A stretch of 63,972 nt of DNA, the filler included, from Choristocarpus tenellus KU-1152 (taxonomy: Eukaryota; Protista; Phaeophyceae): NCBI GenBank assembly GCA_964200185.2. It is 10 parts of 10 records of this genome, joined end to end, with 100 filler letters (N's around TTAATTAATTAA, not from the genome) between each part and the next. Parts side by side here need not be neighbours in the genome. Positions count along the whole stretch, not along the records: positions 1 to 5,425 come from CAXNAD020010822.1; positions 5,526 to 30,466 come from CAXNAD020000194.1; 8 more parts are not named here. One strand, given 5' to 3'. The position numbers and the translations under genes are program-made. The notes beneath the pieces are model-generated. The model ran no database searches, was not told where the DNA came from, and saw only the letters and a list, made by a program, of their open reading frames with translations. Each line of letters starts with the position of its first letter. The first letter of the stretch is position 1. This document shows positions 1 to 12,035 of the stretch, piece after piece.

Positions 1-31
1 TCAACCGTGTGCTCTTCCGCTCCCCCCCTAC

Positions 32-2230
32 CATTTCCAACATCTTCCCTTAGCCCCCCCCCCCCCCCCCCCTCCAAGGTCGTAACCATAATAATCGTAA
101 GCTGCTTCCCTGTTTTGAGGACGGCGGAGGCTGCGACCCTGGCCTAGGCCCCTCTCGTTCCTTGAGAAAACGTCCTCCCCTGCACGCAGCACCCCGCGGT
201 CACTGGCAAACTGCAAAAACTTCATCAGCTTGCGCTTCTCAAGGGGTGTCAGCATCTTAGTTCGGAACACATCGGCTTTGCTACATGGAACACGGTGGAC
301 TTTCAATGTCCCTGGCACCTGCGCCTGGCCTGCTGGGCATGGGGCCCCCTTCCCAGGACCATTTTTCAGCTCTGAAGCAAGGAATAACGCTTCAATATCC
401 TTGAACTCCAGGTATCGTGACACCCCTGAATCTACAAGGGCATCTACTCCCAACCCAGACGCAAGGATCACCTATTGCATTGAGATAGCATGGAGTGGGG
501 TGGGAGTGAGGTGGAGGGTAAGAGGGGTAATGAGGATACAACCTCGCAAGCTACTCACGAGAGGTTGGAGACGCCATTTACTTCACTCCCACGAGGGAGA
601 GCAATAGATTGTGGCAAATTTACCCTCCTCCCTTCATCTCCAGCACATTCCTCTATGATCATCACCTTTATGTCAAATCTCCCTCACAACACCTCCAATT
701 AATCTAGCATTAGGTGCTAGTCCATCTGTGACAAAGCATGGGAAGAGCACCCCACACCACCTACTCCTCACTCCCCATGGCATGTCTCCCGTCCATTCCT
801 AATGCTCACTATATTCCATCAAGCCTTTCCCATCCGTTCCACAACCATCTGCTTCTACTCTCCCTCACCATTCCTGGAGCTCAAATGCCCACCTGTGATG
901 TGAGGTCCAAGCTGAAGGAACGAGAGAGTTGTACTAGGTCTGCACGTGTGGCAGAAGTCTCAATTCTATAACCGTGGAAGGCAGGATGGATTGAATCTGC
1001 CTCTTCCTCTCGCTTAGACTCTTGTGTATCCCTATCCAGTTTACATGCATGCCTCCTTCCATACCACGAGGGGTGTGATGGGGGGTGCCGTCTGTAGCTT
1101 GTAGTAACGAGTCCAGAAGCTCCTGTTTCAGAGGAGTTTGTGCCATACTGATCTTTCAACTCCTGGGCGCAGTCGTTGCTGATGCCAGTCACTTTGACGT
1201 CTGCTGGGTCGGGGGATAGTTCCATCAGACAAGCATTGTCAAATGCACTGAAGTAGCTCGCAGTGGCCTCGTCTAGGCGCCGTTTGCGTTCTCGAGCTTC
1301 TTCATTTTGCTTATCGCTCTGACATTCTACTTTCTCCACACCAAGGTCGTTCTCAAAATTCTCCTCCCCAGTGTTACCCTGCTCCCCAACAGCATGTTCT
1401 TTCCATTCATACACAATCCCTTTCCCTTCCTCATCGCCCATCTCATGTCCTTGCCCCTTCTCCTCTCCACCTCCCTCGCAGGACTGTTCTTGCAAACCTT
1501 CCTGAACTGGAACAGTCTCAATGCCTAAACCTTCATCCTCCCCCTTCTCATCGTTTCCTTCCCTATCTACTCGTTGTGCCCCGTCCCCGTCGATTAGTCG
1601 TTCCTGTTGGTGTTGCTCTTCACTCTCCAATTCCTGCTGCTTCTTGAGCTCGTTTGTAGCATAACCTAAGGCTATGTCTGCCTTTATGGCTTCCAGGTCG
1701 AGACATAATTCTTTGATGCCCACATCTCCTGCCTCGTCTACTTCCTCAGTGACACTCCCTGCCCATTCCAGCAGCTGATTAAAGGAGAAGCTAGCGCATT
1801 CATCACCGTAGTGGCCATGGCGATCAAGATGGAGGACAGTCTTACCCGCCTTGGCTAATGCCCTTTGGAGAATATGGATGATAGAAGCACCGAGTAAGCG
1901 TGAAAAGGGTCGGTATGGTGTTCGTGTCAAAAACGAAACTAGGGCATCATTGTTTTATAGTTTGCAGACACCCAACTGCCGAATATCAAGGTCAGTAACG
2001 CCTTGTTTGCAAGTTCGGGCATAGAAGACTTGATAGAGAAGATGAAACATCCGCACTAGCCAATACGAGGCCCACACCTCTATGGGTGCGGCAACCTCAG
2101 CAAGCAAACAGGGAGAGTGATCTGGTACTCACGCTGCGACGACACTACTTGACAGTCCCGTCGAGAGCACCACCACATCGTAGTAGATCTCTAAGAAGTC
2201 ATCTTTTGGTCGGTCCTTTCGCCTCGTCAT
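32..2230 (-). CDS. Rab escort protein / Rab geranylgeranyltransferase component A (GDI/CHM family), 3'-partial
   Basis: Exons 2230-2133, 1862-893 and 471-~32 have GT/AG ends and matching phases. They give YDVVVLSTGLSSSVVAAALAKAGKTVLHLDRHGHYG (GDI/REP N-terminal motif), SRSFSLDL, LVDSGVSRYLEF and RVPCSKADVF...EKRKLMKFL. The long acidic insert is typical of REP rather than GDI. Confidence 0.9.
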
Positions 2231-2364
2231 CCTTAGAGAGAAATAGTGCACAAGGAATTCGAAAATCATGGAGATAGGACCCTCGTAGTTCTGTGGCGCC
2301 ACAGGGTGTCGATACCTAATCTCTCTAAATTTACAACACACAACAAACTTGCCTGCCAACCAAC

Positions 2365-4833
2365 ATGTCGTCTCCCCCATGCGGTGTGTCACAGCCCGTC
2401 CATCGAGTTTCACGTACTGGTGTTAAAGATCTGCGACTCGCTGGCAAGCGGAAAAGGCGTGGAGGACAGGCATCCACTGGCGAATCAAGCGGCCATGATG
2501 CCAAGAGTCGGTCAGTCGAGAATATCCCTGATCCCACTCATGAACTCAGAGAAACCCAAGTTGACACCGATAAACGAGTCAGAGCCAGGGCCAAGAGGGC
2601 TCGTGCTAAAGCCAGGAAATCTGCTCGTATCCGGGAAGAGCAGACACAACAGCAGCGGAAGCACAGCCTCGGAGGGCCACGGCAGGATCAGCAACTAGAG
2701 GAGGGGAAAGGTAGTGACATACGTCCATCAACGCAGGAAGTGAAGCAGTTGCAGTCACCAGAGGTTAGCCTTGATCAAGCATCCCTCACAACTACTAGTA
2801 GCAAGAGAGCTAAGAAGAATGGAAGTAAAAGCAAAAAGAATGGTGTGCAGGGTATTGAGACGAAGGATAGGATACGCCTTTCTCGAGCATTGGACATGTT
2901 ACGAACCAGGCACAGGACTGAGATTGGGCGGGGCCGACCGTTAGTTGGGTGGGATATATCATCCTTCGCGGAGTTTGCCTTCGTGAAGCTTGGTTTGGTG
3001 GAGGACGAGACTGCAGAGGCGGTCGAGGTCTTGATTTTTGCTGCAGACAAGCATCATGCAGGCGAGGTGAGCCGAGTGGGTGTGATGCCTCGATAAACAT
3101 GGTCAGGATAAGCCTGCTTGTCCCTAGTGTACGTTTCCACGCGTGATCTACTATGTGACTGGGACTTGGACTGCACCGAGAGCCCAGTGTGCGAGTGTGT
3201 TTCTTGGGTGCGACCTTCAGCCAGTCCCAAAGACCTTTTCGAACCTGCGACTCGTTACGCCACAACTGATCTACACACGCGCAATTGGCAATTTCTCGCA
3301 TTCCTCCATTATTATACAATCATTTATTTTCCCCATTTGAGCCCGTTTATCGGTTGCCCCTTCCTTCGAACCCTGCGGCTTACCTAGTGGTTTCAACTTC
3401 CACTATCTTGACCCTCCCTCCCGCACACACGTGTGTACCATACCACCAATGTTCTGCAGGTGACACTCTCAGAGTTCGAATTGCTCTTTTGCAACGGGGT
3501 ATCTGCTGCAACTACACGAAGAAAAGCACGGGCATTGCTGATAGAGGCGTCAGCACATGAGAAAACAGGTGTGAGACTAGATGGAGAGGGTGGTGTTGAA
3601 CCTTGTAGTGGTTTATATTTCTGAGAGTTGTCTTTGCCTTTTAGTAGCTGCCTCCAACCTTAAACAGAGGAGAGAGAGAACGAGTATGAGAGTGTGATAA
3701 CAGTAGAATCAACAAAGAGGCTTGGTACATTGCTGGCTCTTTCCTGTAGATCGTGTATTTCAATACCTAACCTGATGTTGGCAATATGCCACTGCTACCT
3801 TGTCCATGCCAATTTTGCCAATTGGAACATGCCAAGCACATCAGACTATGTGTTTGCATGCAGGTGTGTGTACAAGTGCATTGTTGTATGTGGGCGCCCA
3901 TGCAAGAAAGAAGGAGGAGCTTGAGGCATGGTCTTTTGACAGATTGCTGGCAACAGTTGAGGGAGGATAGCTATGTGGAGACTTGAATATAGGTCAAATG
4001 CAGGGGTTAAGGATGAGACAATATGTTAGGGATAAGTTATACCTTGAACCATCTTTTGTGGAGAAACCTAGAAGTGATTTCCTCCCTCAGACAAGCAATG
4101 AAAGCCACTTGCTCAGTTCAAGTCTAACCCCTTTCCCATTCTTTCACCCCCTCGTGTTTTGGAGGCAATCTCAAGGCGGCGGAGGCCAAGTGTGAAGCAA
4201 GCATTGAAGTGTGGCCTGCATGTGCCGAGGCCCACCTCAACCTTGCCCGTCTTCTGAGAGCAGGGGGGGCTTCTGTCCAAGTGTGTGTGTATGTGTGTGT
4301 CAGCCGTTGTCGCCATTGCATTTTTATGCACCCAACCATGAATAAAAAGCTCGCGTGCCTTGCCTCATCCCTTTCAAGTTTGTTTTTTAAACAGGGTATT
4401 GCATGTGCCGAAGGAGGTACAGAACAACCTCCCGATTTCTTATTGCATACAACTTTTTCATGCGTTGATTACCTCCATATATAGCAACTGTTTTGGATGA
4501 CAGATGGACACGCCTCTTTACACTCACCCCTGCAATCCATTCTGTTCCCCTTACCCTCTTCTACCTCTTTCCTGCACCACGCCAGCGGGCAATAACCAAG
4601 GTTGAAACACACCTCAGGCAGGCGGTGGCATGTGCATCCCCCTCCCCATTGGGCAACGAAGGCGGTGGGGAAGTCTCCGGTGGAGGTATGAGCTTGGTTG
4701 CAAGCAAGGCAGGGGTCGGGGGAATTCCACACCCAGAGGTGGAGGAGGCTGCGGCATCACTTCTCTCCCTGTTGCTCTGTCAGGAGGGGAGAGATGCAGA
4801 GGTGGCAATCCTTCTCAAGGACCGAGGGCTCAG
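2365..4833 (+). CDS. Uncharacterised spliced protein, 3'-partial; charged N-terminus and a degenerate EF-hand-like loop
   Basis: Exons 2365-3066, 3460-3568 and 4485-4833 have canonical GT/AG and compatible phases (0, then 1). DKHHAGE|VTLSEF spans the first junction. Confidence 0.65.
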
Positions 4834-5352
4834 GTATAGTGTTCTGTAGGAGCAAGAACTAGTTCCACTTTTAACCTGGTACACTACTGTTGTGCTCTAG
4901 TCCTCCCTTCAACAATGTTGTTGGAGTGCCCGGCAATTGCTGCCAGTGTGTCATGTCGTTTTCATCGTCCTTCCTAAGGCTACTTCTGGAGGTTACACTC
5001 CAGCCAATGCTGAATAAGAAGTCCCTGTGCTTTGGCAGTCCCTCGGGCGCTCAATTGATTTCTTGGTTTCTTGTTATGTGGAGATGTTGCACTGTGTGTG
5101 TATGTATATGTTTGTGTGTGTGTGTGTGCATTGAGTGGGGTTTCAAGGAGGGAGGCGAGGCGAGAAGGGACGGAGTTAATTCAAATGGAGATCAAAGCAC
5201 TGAAAGAGAGGCCATCTGCATGGTAGTAGAAGCAATAGTTCTCCACTCCAGGCTACTAGGAGAAGTATCGCGCTTGCATGTGTAGGTGGTTTAAGTATGA
5301 AGTAAAGTTTTTATGTTCAAAGAGTATGCTTTTTTATTTTCCCTCTTCCGAC

Positions 5353-5399
<47 letters not shown>

Positions 5400-5425
5400 C
5401 CTTTTCATTCCTTTCTTCTCCCCGC

Positions 5426-5525
5426 NNNNNNNNNNNNNNNNNNNNNNNNNNNNNNNNNNNNNNNNNNNNTTAATTAATTAANNNNNNNNNNNNNNNNNNN
5501 NNNNNNNNNNNNNNNNNNNNNNNNN
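5426..5525. other. Artificial contig linker (N44-TTAATTAATTAA-N44)
   Basis: Six-frame stop linker inside Ns. It recurs at about 30467-30566, 37288-37387, 42825-42923, 47268-47367, 50715-50813, 54771-54870, 57962-58061 and 61270-61369. Confidence 0.98.
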
Positions 5526-7692
5526 CCCCTTTCCCCCCCTTTAAAACTCCCCCCACGACCCCCCCCCCCCCCCCCCTTCTGCGGGAATTGTGTGCGAATG
5601 AATGCTGGTGTGGCAATCACCTATGATTGAGATTTCCCCAGGATGATATTGGGAATGACATTCTAGCAAATCTCTCCATAATGGACAGTAAGGTGCTAAC
5701 ATCCCACACCAACTGCTGCATACTTGAGCACTGGTTGAAGAAGATGGGCTGTTAGATATGTGCGTAAGAGTACAGGTTTGTCTTCATCTGACCAATGTCT
5801 TGCTCAGGTAGTAGTTGGACGACCATTATTTCTGCTCTAGTATTCCTGACTTGATTGTGCATGACCTTGTGTTGCTTTCATCATGTCAACCAAGACTGTG
5901 ATAGCCAAGCATCTGAGTCTCCAATCTTTTTTGGTAGGTATAGATGTGTGTGGTGTGCCACTTGATTCCTGAATGGTTGCCCTCTTGTAGTGTTGAAAAT
6001 GTTGCCTCTACTGTGTTTATGCAGCTATTGTTTTTATTTTTGTGGAGCTGCTGTATGGATTGAGGATGAAATGTCCCTCTAAATGAACCTTAAGAACAGT
6101 ACACCATATCAATGTTGATGAGTTATTCAACATGCATTACTGAGCTGAGCAAGGTGTGCCTATCTCATTAACTATGTGTACATGCTAATTGAAGACTTTT
6201 GAAATTTCCGACTGAGATCTTTGGTAAATAAAAAAACAATTGTGCCTTTCTTCTTCACCAAGCCAAATGTTTCTTTCAAAAAAATTGTTTGTGATGAGAG
6301 AAGGACCTTGGTATAGTAAATTCTCATTTGTAGGAGGAAATACTCTAAAATCGTGTTGTAGATATCTTAACTATGAATATTTAGCAGCAGCACTTGCTAT
6401 GTTTTTTATTCAGGTCATTTTATTGGCCAGCCTTTTATTTTTTCACCTTCTGTCCAACTCTGCATGGCTGACCAACTTTTATCCAGCGAGGTATGATTTC
6501 TGAACTCACTAATGTAATCAACACTTTTTTGATAAGAGTTAAGTGTACTTTATATTATTGGTGTCAATAGCGTAAGGTGTGATAATCATTTTTGAGGTTT
6601 TGATTTAAACCATGCCTTTTGTCCCTAAGTACAACGATCGGGTCAGAAGGTTACATACAGATAGTTACCATATTTTTGGAGGATAATCGGCAGATGGAAA
6701 TTTTTCTGCTTTCTGCTGACTTGAGAAAGCTGCAGTGAGTGGATTGGTGTGACAGGAAGGAATTCACGCAATATGGTGCAAGTGATCCAGCGTATACTGC
6801 CAACCGTTTTTTTTTGTCACACCATACCATCCTGTGAACTCACCTGAAAGCTGATTTGTTACACTGGAATTGGATTTTGGTTTGTACCTGTCCAAAGTTC
6901 TGGACAAAAGTGAAATGATGTGGTGGTGTGTGGTGGATGTGTTGGTACTTGCAGTGTATTATAATAATGTGAGTAAGTCGACATAAATGAGGTACCCACA
7001 GATTTGCGTTTTAAGGATGCTGACAAAAATGTGCAAGATACTTTTTTGCAAGTGCATATCGACACTTTATCCCAGTCAATTTTGGGTCAAGCCCATCCTC
7101 AATGAAAAGCTCCATCCTCAATTTTTGAAATCGGCTGTTTGCTGGAGTGTCATGATCTCTTCCTCTCATCTCATTTGTTTGGTTTGAAGTATATATTTGT
7201 TCATCTGTGAGAGTCATCTTCCAACTAAGGTACACCTTTAAGGTGATCTACCTTGAAGATCTATTGTTCATCATCTGCTTTACATGTTGAAGAAGTGAAC
7301 ATCTGTTTGAATTAAATAGCCGGGTTTGAGGGTAATTTGCAAACGCCCCTCATTCAATTTTTGCTTGTGCACTCTCTCCTGAGTGATCTTCTGAGGGATT
7401 GCTCTCTCCCTTCTCTCTCCATTTTCTTGCGTCCTGTTCGTCTTCCTGATTCCCTTCAGTCTAAAGATCCGTTCCACCGGCTTCCATGTGTTTCATACAT
7501 CCACCAATTGTCGAAAGTTGGGATAAACAAAATAATAATAATGTAGAAATAATAACTTAGTATTAAAAGTCATGATAATAAAACCCTCCCTTGGTTTGCT
7601 GGAAGACGGGGGAAGGTGAACGAGTGTTGAATTGCAAGCGTAACGTGCTGAGATATCACGAGACTCCAGTTTTTTTAGAGTGGAGCGCTGGT

Positions 7693-10600
7693 ATGCCCAT
7701 TGCGTTGCACACGAGAAAGGTTCCTAGCGTGGTGACATCATGGACCAGTCGCTATAGGACGCCTCTACACCAGGTTTTCCGCAACTCATTTCTTTCGTCA
7801 GGATACAAATACACTACACTTTCGGTTACCCAGCCATCGGAATATGTAACACAGGTGGGTTCGTGTCGACGAAGAGGGAAATACAACTGTTGTTATTGCG
7901 ATGCTAGGATCCCTTAGAGCCTGTTGCATAAATGGTGGGAAATGTTCAACTCAATGACCACTGTTGCGTTGTGACTAGGTGGATATTAACCGCCCTGATA
8001 GGGCCAACGCTATGAATGAGACATTTTTTGTGGAGCTGGGGCGATGTTTCAGAAACCTGGCGGTGGATCCGATGTGTCGTGTGGTGGTCCTTGCGGGGGC
8101 AGGTGGGTTGGGTTAGTGGGCCGCTTGAAGTTGAAGTATGGCAATATTCATATCCCGACGACATGTCAGCCCTCAAAAGGCTCGATGGGGCGGATATCGG
8201 AATACCCTGGGATTTCTCCTCTCCCATCTTCACGTCACCCGATGCATACTTCCTGATCCAGGAACATCCCGTACCACTCGAAACCTTCCTAGGAAATGTG
8301 TTCACCGCAGGGTTAGATCTCAAGGAACACGCCGACCTATTCGGTCGCGTAGGAGGTGGTGGAGGAAGGATGGGGGATGATCGGGAGGAAGGGAAAATGG
8401 ACAGTGCTCGAAGGTCATTCCAAAATATGAGGTTTATCTCCGGCCTACAGGAAAGCATTACCTCCCTCGAAAGGTGATCGAACGTACCTCTCTCCTTTCG
8501 CATCACCAGTGAGATATCTGTGAAGATTGGACACGACCGTTCCCGCATTTTACCTCCTAATGTTTGGAATTCAATGTCAATGATATAACATCATACTTCC
8601 AACACTTGTCAAGGACTATTTTTGGATGTGACGTTTCCGAATTTCCAAATTATGTCTATTTTCGGAGAATTTTTTGTGTTGAATCGCTGAGGGTGGCTCT
8701 TTCTGCAGTGTAACGTGACAAATTTTCACTGTGTTCCCTTTAAAAAGAAGGTAGAAGATACTTTTTTGAAGCATTGTTTAATTGCGCATGATTCTAAGCA
8801 GGTACTGGATAACAGCAGTGGTAACATTGACTATTGTCGAACATACCCACCACCTACTTGAAAACGCGTGAATTCTAACTAGTGTTTATATATACGCGTA
8901 CTTTTTCTGAACATAATAGAGGCTTGGTAAGTGTTCTCATTTTTTATACTTTGGAAGGCTTGAACACTTGAACCACTGACCCAAACATCACCACAGGGGC
9001 GATGTCAAAATATATCATGGCAAATGTTTAGGAGAACAGCAGGAAGTGGTCTAAGTCCCACCTCAACTTGTGGACCCGTCCATTCTGTGAAGTATATTGA
9101 AGTATGTTGCGACCATTGCTGAGTTTCCACTTTTTCTTGGCTGGTGTTGTGCTGAGAGCATGCCCCACTCCCAAGTCAATGTGTTGTTCATCCTTGTACA
9201 TAATGGCATTGCACTGGTAGCTGCAACTCCCTTGGGGTTTAAGGTGGAACTACTCCTGTAGCTGTTGAGTGATAGAGGACATTAAGACCCACTTGCTCTT
9301 CTTGGAGTATAACGGATCACTACCGCAAGAGGTTCCAAACGCTGTAGCAGTTGTTAGTCCTCTTTGGAAGTGATGTAAATATATTTTTTTTAAACTGGAT
9401 ATTGTCAGGCGTACGTGGGAGCTTCAAGACAAACGCGAGAGAAGGTTTACCAAGTGGGCCCAACATTAAGATGATGTTAATAATCTAACCATGTTCTGCG
9501 AAGCAGGAAATGAATGCTGCGCAGTATGTAAGTAGGTGTTTCGTCACTCTCACCTTCTATGGCATGTCTGAAAATTGTGGTGCAATGGTGCAGGTGTCCC
9601 AAGCCCGTAATAGCGGCTGTCCACTCTGCATGCGTTGGAGCCGGAGTGGATTTGATATGTGCTGCAGACATGAGAATGTCCTCCGATGATGCCTGGTTCA
9701 GCATTAAAGAGGTGCCTTTTTGTGTGTATGTGTGTGCTAAGACACTGTATTTTGAAAGCTTTGGCACTAGAGCACTGATTCCTTAGTACCTGATACTCTA
9801 TTTCTAAGTAGCATGTGGTGTAGGTATGATACTCTGACCTACTACAGTGAGATGTCAGGAGAAATTTGGAGTACACGATACCAGCCATCAGAACCTTACA
9901 CTTTCTGCACGTTGAAGTCATCAGTAGAAGAGCACTTCTTGGTGGGCAGTGATGATAAGTTGTGGGTCATGGTGTGAAGAGGTAACCGTCCTGTGCCTAT
10001 TTTCTGAAGGTACCCTTTTCTGATGGTAAATATACAAGAAGACCCCCCCCCCCCAACGCTTTTTTACAAACCTAATCCAAAGTGGAAAATATACAAACTA
10101 GCAGACAGGGGACCTGGGGACGCCTTCCAAAGATTATTGGAAATGCCTCTCTTGTCCGAGAGCTGGTGTTTACAGGGAGGAGGTAAGGTGTCAAATTCTG
10201 TCCTAATTTGTATTTATGTGTTACCCCCTTTTCAACTCTAGTCTCAAAAGGGGTGTGGTATTTATGCATTGGATAGTTACAGTGTCGTTGGCTGTACTGA
10301 CTTCCAATATTAATTCCCCTCCTAAGTTGTCTCATCACTACCCATACATGTGCTCCATTTTGTCTTTTTTTGCCAGGTTTTGTGCTATGGAGGCAAAGGA
10401 TTGTGGTATGCTCAGTCAGGTGCTAAGTAGCAGGTTAGTAACAAAATCTGCCATTCACTGCTATAAGATCTTGAATGTGATTGTGGGTTTGCCACATGTA
10501 CTGTGTAATTAAGTCATTGTTGTGTTGACTTCAAGAATATTTCTATCTTAATGCACCTTTGTCGTTACCTTAGCCCCCTTCTCATCTATTTGGTAACAAT

Positions 10601-11291
10601 GTTAAGGGATGTTCTTATTGAGGCTGCACTAGAGCTTGCTAGGGAAATTTCTACAAAGAGTCCTGTGGCAGTGCAAGGGTCAAAGGTCAACCTCAACTAT
10701 GCCAGGGACAATGCTGTAGGTGAAGCACTCAACTTCCAGGTAATTGTGGCTTAAGATACTTATCTTGTATGTATATTATTTTCTCGTTACGATACATACA
10801 CCCCTTGTCTTGGTGGAGGCTACTTCTACCATGGTTATTAGATAACACATTGCAATGATATCTCTTTCCAGCTTGAAGTATGTATGTTACTTGCACCCGC
10901 ATTCCATTCTTGGTTTTTTGTTGTTGCTTTGGTTATGTTATAACCTTTCGATCTTAACTCCTTGTTCCATGACACCTGATTAGTAACAGTGATAGATCAT
11001 ATACTATTGAGGAAGATTAATAGCACCTCCCCGCCCCCCCCCACCTACTCTTAGAGCAACAATATTTCTCAGCAGCTATTATGTGTGCAACTGCTGCTCT
11101 TCCCTTCAATACTGGAATGTTCTCACCATTTTCTTGCTACTATTATACTGTCTCTTTTCCCTTTTTTTCTGACTATGACAAAACAGACACTATGGAGCTC
11201 AGCCATGCTTCAGACATATGATATACCCATAGCACTAGAGGTTGCAAAGGCTAAGGCTGAACAAAAACCCTCTGATTTCCCAGAACTGTGA
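7693..11291 (+). CDS. ECH1: Delta(3,5)-Delta(2,4)-dienoyl-CoA isomerase (crotonase / enoyl-CoA hydratase family)
   Basis: Approximate exons 7693-7854, 7979-8103, 8294-8474, 9594-9711, ~10083-10182, 10377-10419, ~10607-10739 and ~11187-11291. Motifs: INRPDRANAMN, FTAGLDL, CPKPVIAAVHSACVGAGVDLICAADMR, FSIKE, RLPKIIGNASLVRELVFTGR, KSPVAVQGSKVNLNYARD. Confidence 0.88.
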
Positions 11292-12035
11292 TTTTGAAGT
11301 TTTTGAGTTGAATATAAGCGAAGTGTGTGTGTAGAGATAACATATGAAGACTACATATCTGGAGAATTAAGGGTGGGGCAGGTCCTGAGTATGTGAACAT
11401 AGCATAGGCATTTAAGACCTGATCAAACAGGTTACTAAATAATAAAAGATGGCACACAGGGTTGAGGGGGCTGCATGACATTTAGGGTCTGGTGCTAGCT
11501 GCAGCAGTAAAGGTACTAAAACATTCTCAGCCTTCTACCTTATGCACTTGCAACATGATATTTGAAATACTGAGTTAGCTAACATTTTCTTTTAGTACAT
11601 TCTGTAATTTTTCATAGTAACTCAATTCTTTTAGATAAATCTTTTAGTACCACCACCTTGAACAATACATGCTGGTGTGAAGTGTGTGCTGCACTGAATA
11701 GCAGGGGAGACCTTTGTATTGTACTACTGCTCCCAATTCACAAGTGCCCAAACACCATTCCTGCTGACAACATAAAACAATCTACATACAACCAGCACAT
11801 TTATCAATTACCCCACAAACTGAAGCATTTAAATGGTCACAATGGTGAGAGGGCTGAAGGCAGTATTTTGCTCAGACTAGCATTACACAACTTGAACCTA
11901 AAGCATGGTCTGGTCCAGGCAAAGAAAAGCACATTCTATACTAAGAGTCAGGTACATATGTGTAAACGCCTCAGTAATAAGAATATTGGAACCAAGAAGA
12001 CAAGCATGATGTACAACAATAAGAAAAGAGGCTTA

